A stretch of DNA of 63,935 bases, the filler included, from Octopus bimaculoides (taxonomy: Eukaryota): the NCBI RefSeq assembly GCF_001194135.2. It is 9 parts of 7 records of this genome, joined end to end, with 100 filler letters (N's around TTAATTAATTAA, not from the genome) between each part and the next. Parts side by side here need not be neighbours in the genome. Positions count along the whole stretch, not along the records: positions 13,108 to 31,032 come from NC_068992.1; 8 more parts are not named here. One strand, written 5' to 3'. The position numbers were made by a program, and so were the translations under genes. The stretch's first letter is position 1, and every line of letters begins with the position of its first letter. This document shows, piece by piece, positions 13,008 to 23,362 of this stretch. The notes below the pieces were generated by a model, which was not told the origin of the DNA, searched no databases, and was given only the letters and a program-made list of their open reading frames with translations.

Positions 13008-13107
13008 NNNNNNNNNNNNNNNNNNNNNNNNNNNNNNNNNNNNNNNNNNNNTTAATTAATTAANNNNNNNNNNNNNNNNNNNNNNNNNNNNNNNNNNNNN
13101 NNNNNNN
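13008..13107. other. Assembly spacer N44-TTAATTAATTAA-N44 (artificial)
   Basis: An identical 100-bp construct recurs with the linker at 13052, 31077, 39119, 42883, 53443, 57781, 59813 and 62280. The linker gives stops in all frames. Confidence 0.95.
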
Positions 13108-13158
<51 letters not shown>

Positions 13159-13379
13159 ACATACATATAAATATACATATCTATACATATCATATTTCAA
13201 TTGTGCACAGTCTCTCTTCTCTATCCCAAATCATTATATCCGGTCAGTTGTACATACATTTTATTGAGGTCTTCACTGGTACATTCCCTCAGTATTCTAT
13301 TGATGGAGATGTTACTAATTTGGTTTATAGTTTTCCCCCTTTTCACAACCATATAACAACATTTATCCTGACCAAACTC

Positions 13380-13800
13380 CAACCCTACATCCTTTGAGAA
13401 TGCTGTAATTAGGTCAAGGCTCTTTTTCATCTCATGCATAGTCTTTGCATAAAGTTTTAAGTCATCCATAAAGAAGCAGTGTGCAATTTTGGTATTTCTG
13501 TTTCCTTCTGAACCAGTGAGATATCCTTCAGACTTCCTTAACATGAATGACAAGGTGTTTACAGAAAGTATAAACAACATCACAGAGAGACTGTCCCCTT
13601 GGGATATGCCTTTGCGATACTCTATTCTATCGGTGATAATACAGTCACTCTTTGTGTTTAATTTCAAGATGGTCGCCCACGATGAAGTCAGGTCAGCTAT
13701 GGCTTTGACTATTCTCACTGGAACTTTAGCAAGTTGAAGGGCTTCTAACATTCATGAGAGGGGAACAGAGTCAAAGACTTTCTTGTAGTCTAGCCTCATT
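13380..13800 (-). mobile_element. R4/Dong-like non-LTR retrotransposon RT fragment
   Basis: GISQGDSLSVMLF, FMDDLKLY, FSKDVGLEFGQDKC. Confidence 0.85.
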
Positions 13801-14037
13801 GAAACTAGGTTCCTCCTATGCTCTCGCACCTCTGACATCACAGTTTTGTTGATTAACAATTGCTCGGCACATCCCTAGACTCCCTTCTTCTCAGCTGCTT
13901 GTTCTGCTGTGATGTTATTTCACAATGTTCCTGTATGTATGCATGTATGTATGTATGTGTGTGTGTATGTATGTGTGTATGTATGTGTGAGTACGCATCA
14001 TGTTATTTTATTCATTGTCATTTCAGACGCAGCCAAG

Positions 14038-14116
14038 ATGCTGGTAATATTGTGGATTACGTCCGTCTTTTTATTTTTGTGCCAGGGAGCCATCGGAAAA
14101 AAAAGCGCTGATGAAG
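14038..14116 (+). CDS. First coding exon (signal peptide) of a putative type I membrane glycoprotein
   Basis: Pyrimidine-rich acceptor ttcattgtcatttcag ends at 14026. ATG at 14038 gives MLVILWITSVFLFLCQGAIG-KKSADE, a hydrophobic signal-peptide pattern. Phase-1 donor G|GTGAC at 14116/14117 is compatible with the phase-1 acceptor at 19681. Confidence 0.65.
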
Positions 14117-14188
14117 GTGACATTTTTTCCTTAATCTTTGTTGCTGTTTTTGTTGATCAGCCCATGTGTACATATGAATGTCTGTGTG

Positions 14189-14219
<31 letters not shown>

Positions 14220-14393
14220 GTATTTTGTGTGTGTGTATGTGTGTGTCTGTTTGTTTGTTTGTCTATCTGTCTGTCTGTCTGTCTGTCTTTATACCTGAGT
14301 TTAAGCCGGATTACCGCTTGGTATGTTTACGTCCCCGTAATAAAGCGGTTCGGCAAAGGTGCCCTAAGCCACAATTCCCTTTAAAGGTAAATA

Positions 14394-14571
14394 AGGCGCT
14401 GGAGTGGCTGTGTGTTAAGTAGCTTGCTTACCAACCACATGGTTCCGGGTTCAGTCCCACTGCGTGGCACTTTGGGCAAGTGTCTTCTACTATAGCCTCG
14501 GGCCAACCAAAGCCTTGTGAGTGGATTTGGTAGACGGAAACTGAAAGAAGACCGTCGTATATATGTTTATA
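14394..14571 (+). mobile_element. tRNA-SINE family A, 5' half
   Basis: GGAGTGGCTGTGTG..GGTTCAGTCCCACTGCGTGGCAC..GGGCAAGTGTCTTCTAC. Confidence 0.85.
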
Positions 14572-16169
14572 NNNNNNNNNNNNNNNNNNNNNNNNNNNNN
14601 NNNNNNNNNNNNNNNNNNNNNNNNNNNNNNNNNNNNNNNNNNNNNNNNNNNNNNNNNNNNNNNNNNNNNNNNNNNNNNNNNNNNNNNNNNNNNNNNNNNN
14701 NNNNNNNNNNNNNNNNNNNNNNNNNNNNNNNNNNNNNNNNNNNNNNNNNNNNNNNNNNNNNNNNNNNNNNNNNNNNNNNNNNNNNNNNNNNNNNNNNNNN
14801 NNNNNNNNNNNNNNNNNNNNNNNNNNNNNNNNNNNNNNNNNNNNNNNNNNNNNNNNNNNNNNNNNNNNNNNNNNNNNNNNNNNNNNNNNNNNNNNNNNNN
14901 NNNNNNNNNNNNNNNNNNNNNNNNNNNNNNNNNNNNNNNNNNNNNNNNNNNNNNNNNNNNNNNNNNNNNNNNNNNNNNNNNNNNNNNNNNNNNNNNNNNN
15001 NNNNNNNNNNNNNNNNNNNNNNNNNNNNNNNNNNNNNNNNNNNNNNNNNNNNNNNNNNNNNNNNNNNNNNNNNNNNNNNNNNNNNNNNNNNNNNNNNNNN
15101 NNNNNNNNNNNNNNNNNNNNNNNNNNNNNNNNNNNNNNNNNNNNNNNNNNNNNNNNNNNNNNNNNNNNNNNNNNNNNNNNNNNNNNNNNNNNNNNNNNNN
15201 NNNNNNNNNNNNNNNNNNNNNNNNNNNNNNNNNNNNNNNNNNNNNNNNNNNNNNNNNNNNNNNNNNNNNNNNNNNNNNNNNNNNNNNNNNNNNNNNNNNN
15301 NNNNNNNNNNNNNNNNNNNNNNNNNNNNNNNNNNNNNNNNNNNNNNNNNNNNNNNNNNNNNNNNNNNNNNNNNNNNNNNNNNNNNNNNNNNNNNNNNNNN
15401 NNNNNNNNNNNNNNNNNNNNNNNNNNNNNNNNNNNNNNNNNNNNNNNNNNNNNNNNNNNNNNNNNNNNNNNNNNNNNNNNNNNNNNNNNNNNNNNNNNNN
15501 NNNNNNNNNNNNNNNNNNNNNNNNNNNNNNNNNNNNNNNNNNNNNNNNNNNNNNNNNNNNNNGGTCGAAGTAGAAAAGCTGCCATAAATAAATATTTACA
15601 CGGTGTCATATGCTGTTTATCTTGGTAATATCCGCTGAATATCCCCGAGAACTACGTTAAGGGTACACGTGTCTGTGGAGTGCTCTGCCACTTGCACGTT
15701 AATTTCTCGAGCAGGCTGTTCCGTTGATCGGATCGACTGGAACCCTCGACGTCCTAAGCGACGGAGTGCCAACAACAACAACAATGTATGTATGTATGTA
15801 TGTATGTATGTATGTATGTATGTATGTATGTACGTATGTATGTGTGTATGTAGGTATGTAGGTATGTTTACGTATGTAAATGGATATTTAGTGTCAGCAA
15901 AAATGTTAACACATAGATATATATATTTGCAGGCAGAATTCACTAACCATGACTATAACGTGACATATGAAATCTTCAATTTGAGGGTCCAGTACAGGAA
16001 ATCCTTCTACTGTAAGTAAAAGACATTCCATTCTAAATACTTACTCTGAAGAACATATCTGTAATACTGTTGGTAGTTATTAACAAGCTGCGGCTAGATC
16101 TTGATCTTGCGAACATGTGATTAAAGGCACCCCATCAGTTAATACCCAACCTTTATTTTCCTCTTCTTC

Positions 16170-16500
16170 TTCTTCTTCTTTTGGTTCTTTTTGCAATTGT
16201 GTTTCTATTTCTTGCCGAGTGTCTTCTCGATAACTTTGGCNNNNNNNNNNTTATTATTATTATTATTATTATTATTATTCTTTTTCTTCTTCTTCTTCTT
16301 TTTGCAATTTTGTTTCTATTTCTTGCCGAGTGTCTTCTCGATAACTTTGGCAAATCATCGTTATAATTATTATCATTCTTCTTCTTCTTCTTCTTCTTCT
16401 TCTTCTTCTTCTTGCAATTGTGTTTCTATTTCTTGCCGAGTGTCTTCTCGATAACTTTGGCAAATCATCGTCATCATCATCATCATCATCATCATCGTCA

Positions 16501-16542
<42 letters not shown>

Positions 16543-16553
16543 TCGTCATCATC
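16170..16553. repeat. Composite tandem repeat: ~55-bp unit x3 separated by trinucleotide tracts
   Basis: TGCAATTGTGTTTCTATTTCTTGCCGAGTGTCTTCTCGATAACTTTGGC at ~16193, 16303 and 16413. Confidence 0.85.
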
Positions 16554-16936
16554 NNNNNNNNNNNNNNNNNNNNNNNNNNNNNNNNNNNNNNNNNNNNNNN
16601 NNNNNNNNNNNNNNNNNNNNNNNNNNNNNNNNNNNNNNNNNNNNNNNNNNNNNNNNNNNNNNNNNNNNNNNNNNNNNNNNNNNNNNNNNNNNNNNNNNNN
16701 NNNNNNNNNNNNNNNNNNNNNNNNNNNNNNNNNNNNNNNNNNNNNNNNNNNNNNNNNNNNNNNNNNNNNNNNNNNNNNNNNNNNNNNNNNNNNNNNNNNN
16801 NNNNNNNNNNNNNNNNNNNNNNNNNNNNNNNNNNNNNNNNNNNNNNNNNNNNNNNNNNNNNNNNNNNNNNNNNNNNNNNNNNNNNNNNNNNNNNNNNNNN
16901 NNNNNNNNNNNNNNNNNNNNNNNNNNNNNNNNNNNN

Positions 16937-17225
16937 ATACCTAAGGCACCTACTATGATAGGAATTGTTTCTGTTTTTAGATTCCACATTCGAGTTATCT
17001 CTATTTCCAGGTCTTTGTATTTTGAAAGTTTTTCCATTTCTTTTAGAGAAACGTTGTCATCTGCTGGTATTGAAACATCAATTAGAAGGCATTTTTTTCC
17101 TTCATGATCTTTGACAACTATATCTGGTCTATTTGCCTTAATTTCTCTATCTGTGTGTATTGGCATATCCCAGAGTATGGTTGCTTTCTCGTTTTCTGTG
17201 ACCTTTTCTGGCGTGTGTTTATACC
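16937..17225 (-). mobile_element. R4/Dong-like restriction-like endonuclease fragment
   Basis: ILWDMPIHTDREIKANRPDIVV..LIDVSIP..EKLSKYKDL..IPIIVGALG; abuts (ATT)n. Confidence 0.88.
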
Positions 17226-17260
<35 letters not shown>

Positions 17261-17287
17261 GTTGTTGTTATTATTATTATTATATTA

Positions 17288-17505
17288 AGGCGGCGAGCTA
17301 GCAGAGTCGTTAGCACGCCGGAGGAAATGCTTTGCGATATTTCGCCCGTCGCTGCTTTCTGAGTTTAAATTCCGCCGAGGTTGACTTTGCCTTTCATTCT
17401 TTAGGGGGTCGATAAATTAAGTACCAGTAAAACACTAGGGTCGATGTAATCGACTTATTCCTTCCCCAAAATGGTTGCCCTTGTGGCAAAATTTGAAGCC
17501 ATTAT
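17288..17505 (+). mobile_element. tRNA-SINE family B
   Basis: GGCGGCGAGCTAGCAGAGTCGTTAGCACGCCG..GCCTTTCATTCTTTAGGGGGTCGATAAATTAAGTACCAG. Confidence 0.85.
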
Positions 17506-17559
17506 TATCATTATTATTTTTATGCTTGGCTTTTATACATGTCCTCGATACATTCTTGT

Positions 17560-17730
17560 GGTTGAGAAACGACTTTGTGTTCCACAGCTCCATACTGTGT
17601 TTTGTAGAGAGTGACTTGTCGTTTATATCGACCCCCAGATCTCAACTGGTACTTATTTAATCGACCCCGAAGAAATGAAAGGGGAAAACTGACCCTGGTG
17701 GAATTTGAACTCAAAACGCAAAGAGCTGGA
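17560..17730 (-). mobile_element. tRNA-SINE family B, diverged, inverted relative to 17288-17505
   Basis: CTGGTACTTATTTAATCGACCCC..GGAATTTGAACTC. Confidence 0.7.
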
Positions 17731-18049
17731 ATTACATAGAAAAATAATGAGAATGCTCGACTTTCGCCACGTTAGGTAACGTCATCTGCTGACTCTCGTC
17801 TGATATTTATTTCAATGGATCATGCGACAACATGCCTATTGTGATATTTTGATAGTAACATAGAGACGTCTTGATGTATTCATTAATTGATTCACCAGTT
17901 ATCTAAAATATCGCCTAAGTAAACATCAGGAATTTGTTATCTAATATCATTGAATGATTCTCTAAGGAAATATCTTGGCAGATCGTGGTAGTCGTTGGTT
18001 AAGGCAAACAAGGTGACATTTGTAGGAAGTATTGCCCATTTACAACAAC

Positions 18050-18375
18050 TGTTGCTCTGTCAGTTACGACGACGAGTGTCCCATTTGATCCTAGCAACGG
18101 AACAGCCTGCTCGTGAAATAAACGCGCAAGTGGCTGAGCACTCCACAGATACGCGTACCCTTAATGTAGTTCTCAGAGAGATTCAGCGTGACACAGAAAG
18201 TGACAAGGCTGGTCCATTTTGAAATACAAGTACTACTCATTTTTGCTGGCTGAGTGGTCTGGAGCAACGTGAAATAAAGTGTCTTGCCCAAGGACACAAT
18301 GCGCCACCGAGAATCGAACTCACGACTTTAACGATCGTGAGCCGAATGCCCTAACCACTAAGCCACGCGCCTTCA
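18050..18375 (-). mobile_element. tRNA-SINE family C (CORE-like), full length
   Basis: A box TGGCTTAGTGG, B box GTTCGATTCT, CCTTGGGCAAGACACTTTATTTCACG. The 3' part is also at 15625-15785 (+). Confidence 0.85.
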
Positions 18376-18417
18376 CATTACAGACGACGGTTGTTTCTAT
18401 TGTGCCAACATAATTAG

Positions 18418-18497
18418 ATATGCCCACGGGCATATGGCGTAGTGGTTAAGAGCGCGGGCTACTAACTCCAAGATTCCGAGTTCGATTCCAAGCAGTA
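18418..18497 (+). mobile_element. Head-only copy of the tRNA-hammerhead element
   Basis: ATATGCCCACGGGCATATGGCGTAGTGGTTAAGAGCGCGGGCTACTAACTCCAAGATTCCGAGTTCGATTCC, nearly identical to the head at 35160-35240. It abuts an R4-like LINE fragment. Confidence 0.7.
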
Positions 18498-18748
18498 AGC
18501 GTATATTACTTCTTTATATTCTTCCCGGTTCCATTTAATTCTTTTACATTTTTGATTTTGTGGTCGCTGTGGTGGTGAACTTTCGGGGCTTAAGTTGGGA
18601 CAAATCCCGTCTAAGTGACCTTCCAGGTTCGTATTCGGGGAAGATATTCTGCCATTTGAAAATTTTTCGTCGTCAGGCTGACAGATTCCTGACAGGCGCG
18701 CTTCCATTATAACCATTGGACAAGCGATTTGGTGTACTGTTTGAAATT
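18498..18748 (-). mobile_element. R4/Dong-like ORF N-terminal fragment
   Basis: KRIKWNREEYKEVIYAY resembles the N-terminal RxKW motif of these elements. Confidence 0.55.
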
Positions 18749-19130
18749 NNNNNNNNNNNNNNNNNNNNNNNNNNNNNNNNNNNNNNNNNNNNNNNNNNNN
18801 NNNNNNNNNNNNNNNNNNNNNNNNNNNNNNNNNNNNNNNNNNNNNNNNNNNNNNNNNNNNNNNNNNNNNNNNNNNNNNNNNNNNNNNNNNNNNNNNNNNN
18901 NNNNNNNNNNNNNNNNNNNNNNNNNNNNNNNNNNNNNNNNNNNNNNNNNNNNNNNNNNNNNNNNNNNNNNNNNNNNNNNNNNNNNNNNNNNNNNNNNNNN
19001 NNNNNNNNNNNNNNNNNNNNNNNNNNNNNNNNNNNNNNNNNNNNNNNNNNNNNNNNNNNNNNNNNNNNNNNNNNNNNNNNNNNNNNNNNNNNNNNNNNNN
19101 NNNNNNNNNNNNNNNNNNNNNNNNNNNNNC

Positions 19131-19450
19131 CATGGCGCGGCATCTTGGGCAAGTGCCTTGTGAATAAATTTGGGATGCTGCAATGTGCTGAAGTCCATCT
19201 CATGTGTGCGTGCGCGTGTGCGTGCATGTCTGTATCTGTTTCCCTCACGGCTTGATAACCGATGTTGATTTGTTTCCATCTCCGTTATCTAGCGATTCGG
19301 CAAAAAAAAAAAAACCGATAGAATAAGCACCAGGCTTGAAAAGAAAAAAAGAAAAAAAAAAGTTAAGCGGGACTGTGGTCGATTTGTTCAACGAAAACCC
19401 TTCAAGGCAGTGCTGCAGCTTGGTCAGAGTCCAATGAGTAAAACAAGTAA
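19131..19450 (+). mobile_element. tRNA-SINE family A, diverged
   Basis: CTTGGGCAAGTG, TG-rich middle, AGCGATTCGGCAAAA..CCGATAGAATAAGCACCAGGC. Confidence 0.7.
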
Positions 19451-19681
19451 AAGGTAAAAGAAAAAAAAACGGTAAAAGAGGAAAAGAAAGAATTTGGCAT
19501 TCCTTGAACGGTAAGCAGACGCGCGAAAGGGTTTAGTATAAACAATGATTTTCTTGTATAGACACAAGTCTTCAGACCAAAATTCCAAAATTACTGGGAC
19601 TGGATGTGGTGGTACGGGGGTGGAGATTATAATGTGTGACGCTGAAGTCAAATTGTCTGATATTTTATTCATTTGTTGCAG

Positions 19682-20136
19682 ACATCAGTGATGAAACCAC
19701 TACTATGTACATCACAGAAATAACTACGTCCAACCCAAGCACCGAACCTTCGATAACCGTATTCGTCACTACAGAAGAAACCGAGGAGGAGATTACGACG
19801 GAATCGGTCGAGCCGACTGTTGAGAGCACGATAGAGACTACAACGAACCGGGTTGAACCAACGACCCAACCAGATATGTGTTTGTGTAAATGTGTCATTC
19901 CTGTGAACCGGACTAAAGAGGAAGAGGAAACATATCTTCAAGAACTGACGAAAGAATTATCCATTCCGAAGAAAAATATGTCTAGTTACATTCGGAAAAA
20001 AACCAGCGCCCCAGATCATCGCATCTCCGCTCAAGCAGCTGGTTACATAGGGGTTGTCTTCATTATTTTACCATTCCTCCTTATCATTGCTGGCGACCTC
20101 GCTAAGTTGGTGATTTATTGTTCTAGTTCGAAGTAA
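19682..20136 (+). CDS. Terminal coding exon: Thr/Glu-rich mucin-like stalk, CLCKC motif, helical/basic segment, TM helix, short tail
   Basis: Acceptor ttttattcatttgttgcag ends at 19681. The open frame is non-repetitive: (D)ISDETTT...DMCLCKCVIP...LQELTKELSIPKKNMSSYIRKKTSAPDHRISAQAAGYIGVVFIILPFLLIIAGD...SSK*. The C-terminal motif resembles one I recall from uncharacterised molluscan membrane proteins. Spliced product is ~177 aa if no exons hide in the gaps. Confidence 0.8.
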
Positions 20137-20233
20137 GCCATAACTCCGGGTTCGATCATAAACCTTTTAAAACAATCATACGTATACTCTTTCTCTGTGT
20201 TACCGTTTCCCTCATATACACGCAATTCCCCCA

Positions 20234-20289
<56 letters not shown>

Positions 20290-20696
20290 CATACGCACAC
20301 ACATATCACAAATAAATACAAACAAACGTTCATAGATACACACACACACACACACATGTACATGCATATATAACATACATGCAGCGATAGCAGTTATGGA
20401 ATGAAATATGACCATATTTCATTCCATAACTATCATCCCTGAAAAGCGCAGAGTTACATAATCTGACTGTTACCTAACACTCCGTTGAACACTTAGCGCG
20501 AAACCGATCGGTAAGATCGGCCGTTGTGGATTTATAGTACTGTACATTTCGATTAATATACTCACTCTACTGACAAATATACAAACGCATTTTTTCTGAT
20601 TTATGGATTATTAAACGGCATACATTCATACATACATGCATGCATACATACATACATACATGACACACACACATATATATATGTAGATATACACAC

Positions 20697-20851
20697 GACG
20701 GACTTCTTTCCGTTTCCGTCTACCAAATCCACTCACGTAGCTTTGGTCGACCCGAGGCTATAGTAGAAGACACTTGCCCAAGGTGCCACGCAGTGGGACT
20801 GAACCCGAAACCAGGAGGCTGGGAAGCAAGCTTCTTACCACATAGCCACAT
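20697..20851 (-). mobile_element. tRNA-SINE family A, 5' half
   Basis: Near identical to 1-118. Confidence 0.85.
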
Positions 20852-21610
20852 ATATTCTATATTTCTCAAATATGAAGTACATATAAATGTGATATCGATT
20901 ACCATACTAGGCCCAAATTCTGAGGTTAGTAACCAATCACGGACCGATCAAACCCACTGTACTTTCTCGCATTAACGAGGGCGCCTTTGCCTGGTCAGTG
21001 ACTCTGCTAAAAATGTCAGTCAAATCTCATTGAAATCAAATCTTAGTGTCTTCAAAAATATGATAAACTGCATAAGGTAACTGAAGATAAATAAGATGGA
21101 GTGTTCACTGTTGAATCGCCTTTGAAAATTGTAAAGTGACGAAAACCACAAAAATCTAGCCCATCCCTCAAAAACTGGTGACCCTGTATCAAAATTTGAA
21201 ACCATTATTATAATCCTCATCAGACAGATGGCAGATTGGCAAGATCATTAGGGTGTTGGACCAAATACCTTACAGACTGAGTCATCCGGTTTCAAACCTG
21301 ACAATATTTAAACAGAAATATGATTTTAACTTTAATGTAAGAAGTGAACTCGAAGTGAACAAATCCTGCGACATACTTTCAAATTTTATTAAACTATTTC
21401 ACTAAACTAACACTACAAATCGTCTTGGCACGAGGATGAGTGTCACCGTTTAAGAGTTCTCTTCCTCTAAAAACAAAATTGCTTGTTTTTATAAGCATGA
21501 GTCTCATAGCGTTATCGGAAAACTTTCAAAAATCCTTATAGTTCACACTGTTCTGTATTTGAGATGAGGAATTATGTACATTATTTACATTGGACGGATA
21601 GGTTTGTTAT

Positions 21611-21657
21611 TACCACAACGTTTCGGCTGATGTACTCTCCAGCCTTTATCAGGTGTC
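21611..21657 (-). ncRNA. Hammerhead copy in the inverted duplication, G8A core mutation
   Basis: Reverse complement GACAC-CTGATAA-A-GGCTG(GAGAGTACAT)CAGCC-GAAAC-GTT-GTGGT. Confidence 0.6.
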
Positions 21658-21755
21658 CTGGTGGAATTTCGAAACCGGCCCTATACTACCTAAGCCTATA
21701 CTACTTCTCACTGCTGTCCCTTCACTCGTTCACTGCTGCCTTTGTTACAGACGTT

Positions 21756-22035
21756 ATATGCCCACGGGCATATAGCGTATTGGTTAAGAGAGCGGGCTGC
21801 TAACTCCAAGATTCCGGGTTCAATCCCAGTCAGTGAATTGAATAAATATTAATAATAACATCAGCAAAAAATACCTTAGGAGTGAGAAAAGAGTAGCCCA
21901 TTAGTCAAATAAAGGGTTAGGTTCGAAATTCCACCAAAACACCTGATGAAGGCTGGAGAGTACATCAGCCGAAACGTTGTGATAACAACAAACAAGGTGA
22001 GGACACCTGTTCGTCTATTGTCAATATTGTACTTA
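21756..22035 (+). mobile_element. tRNA-headed short retroelement with type I hammerhead ribozyme (copy 1); inverted copy of its 3' part at 21545-21676
   Basis: Hairpin ATATGCCC-AC-GGGCATAT, A box (21773-83), B box (21818-27), then a 3' body shared with 34473-34645 that contains CTGATGA..GAAACGTT. Confidence 0.75.
21938..21983 (+). ncRNA. Minimal type I hammerhead ribozyme, core intact
   Basis: AACAC-CTGATGA-A-GGCTG(GAGAGTACAT)CAGCC-GAAAC-GTT-GTGAT. Stem I AACAC/GTGAT, 5-bp stem II, palindromic AACGTT in place of stem III. Predicted cleavage after GUU at 21978. Confidence 0.7.
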
Positions 22036-23125
22036 AGGTTCATGCAGTGCGTGTAGGGGTAAGTTGTGTGGCCAAGGGTGTTGCACTCACGATCGTAAGT
22101 TTGTGATTTCGAATCCTGGATCGGGCAATGCATTGTGTTCTTGAGCAAAACACTTCACTTCAGTTTGATCCAGTCGATTCAGTTGTAAATAAGATCCAGC
22201 AATAGTTGGGGAAGTTAACCTTACGACGGACCGGCGTCCCGTTCAATGGGGATAGTGTTGTAATCTTCGTTACTTATACCTAATGGAAATCGGGTTGAGA
22301 TCTGCCCTTATGAGTCCTATGAAAAAAGAGATGAAGTGTACGTAGAGCAAATCAGACGGCTTGATTTCAACTCTTCTCTACAATGTGATAAAACATTCGT
22401 TAATTATGCAGTGGTGCCACTGCTTACAACAGCGGTTTGTATAAATTACACATCACGCTTATTTACAAGTATATAAGCGGCGGTGGGGTTTAAGAGTTAA
22501 ATGTTTTCAGCAAAGACCCAGTTACCGCTCCAGTGATAGGATACGAGCTGCTGTCTCTTTGATCGATAATTTAATACCCAGTCGATTCGACCAGCTGTTG
22601 TTCTGCGAAACAACGAAAATCGATTTACCCTGCAAATGTCACCTTGATGCGATAACTGAATTTTCGAATATTAAGATCTCCTGAGACTATTTCACGAGAT
22701 AGTTTGTCAGTGGCATTACGTAGTATAAATCCCAGGCGTTTGAGTGGACACATTAGTGATAGTATTGATATCTCTGGTGAATAAACGAACAAACACAACA
22801 TAACTGTCTTCAAATGATCGCTACAGTATAACGTATAATCTATAAACACACACACACCAGACGGAGAATTGCCAGAATCGTTAGAGCTTCAGTCGAAATT
22901 TCTTATGATATTTATTCCTGTTTCGTATGGCCTGAGTTCAAATCTCGTCGAAGCTCTACTTTACCGTTTATCTTTATAGTGTCGATGAATTAATGGCGCG
23001 CTGCTTTGTAGTTTGAGCGGTGTACCCACGATCTTGCAATCGTGGGTTCGATTCCCTGACCGGGCGGTGCGTTGTGTTCTTGAGCCGAACACTTCATTTC
23101 ACATTGCTCTACAATTACGTCGACA

Positions 23126-23362
23126 TCTTATTTCTTTATTGCTCACAAGGGGCTAAACATAGAGGGGACAAACAAGGACAGACAAAGGGATAAAGTCGAT
23201 TACATCGACCCCAGTGCGTAACTGGTACTTGATTTATCGACCCCGAACGGATGAAAGGCAAAGTCGACCTCAGCGGAATTTGAACTCAGAACGTAACGGC
23301 AAACCAAATACCGCTAAGCATTTCGCCCGGCGTGCTAACGTTTCTGCCAGCTCACCGCCTTA
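23126..23362 (-). mobile_element. tRNA-SINE family B, full length
   Basis: Near identical to 4163-4392. Other copies lie at ~41445-41680 (-) and 52325-52525 (+). Confidence 0.88.

Noticed and set aside
13052-13063. Recurrent TTAATTAATTAA motif (8 occurrences)
   Set aside because: Always centred in exactly 44+44 Ns; a scaffolding linker, not biology.
14108-14116. CTGATGAAG inside the signal-peptide exon as a hammerhead core
   Set aside because: No stem II or GAAA follows.
16170-16480. CRISPR-like repeat-spacer appearance
   Set aside because: Spacers are microsatellites, there are no cas genes and the context is eukaryotic.
18428-18497. tRNA gene candidate (ACT anticodon-like)
   Set aside because: No acceptor stem pairing; the same head is linked to a repeat body elsewhere, so it is treated as a SINE-like head.
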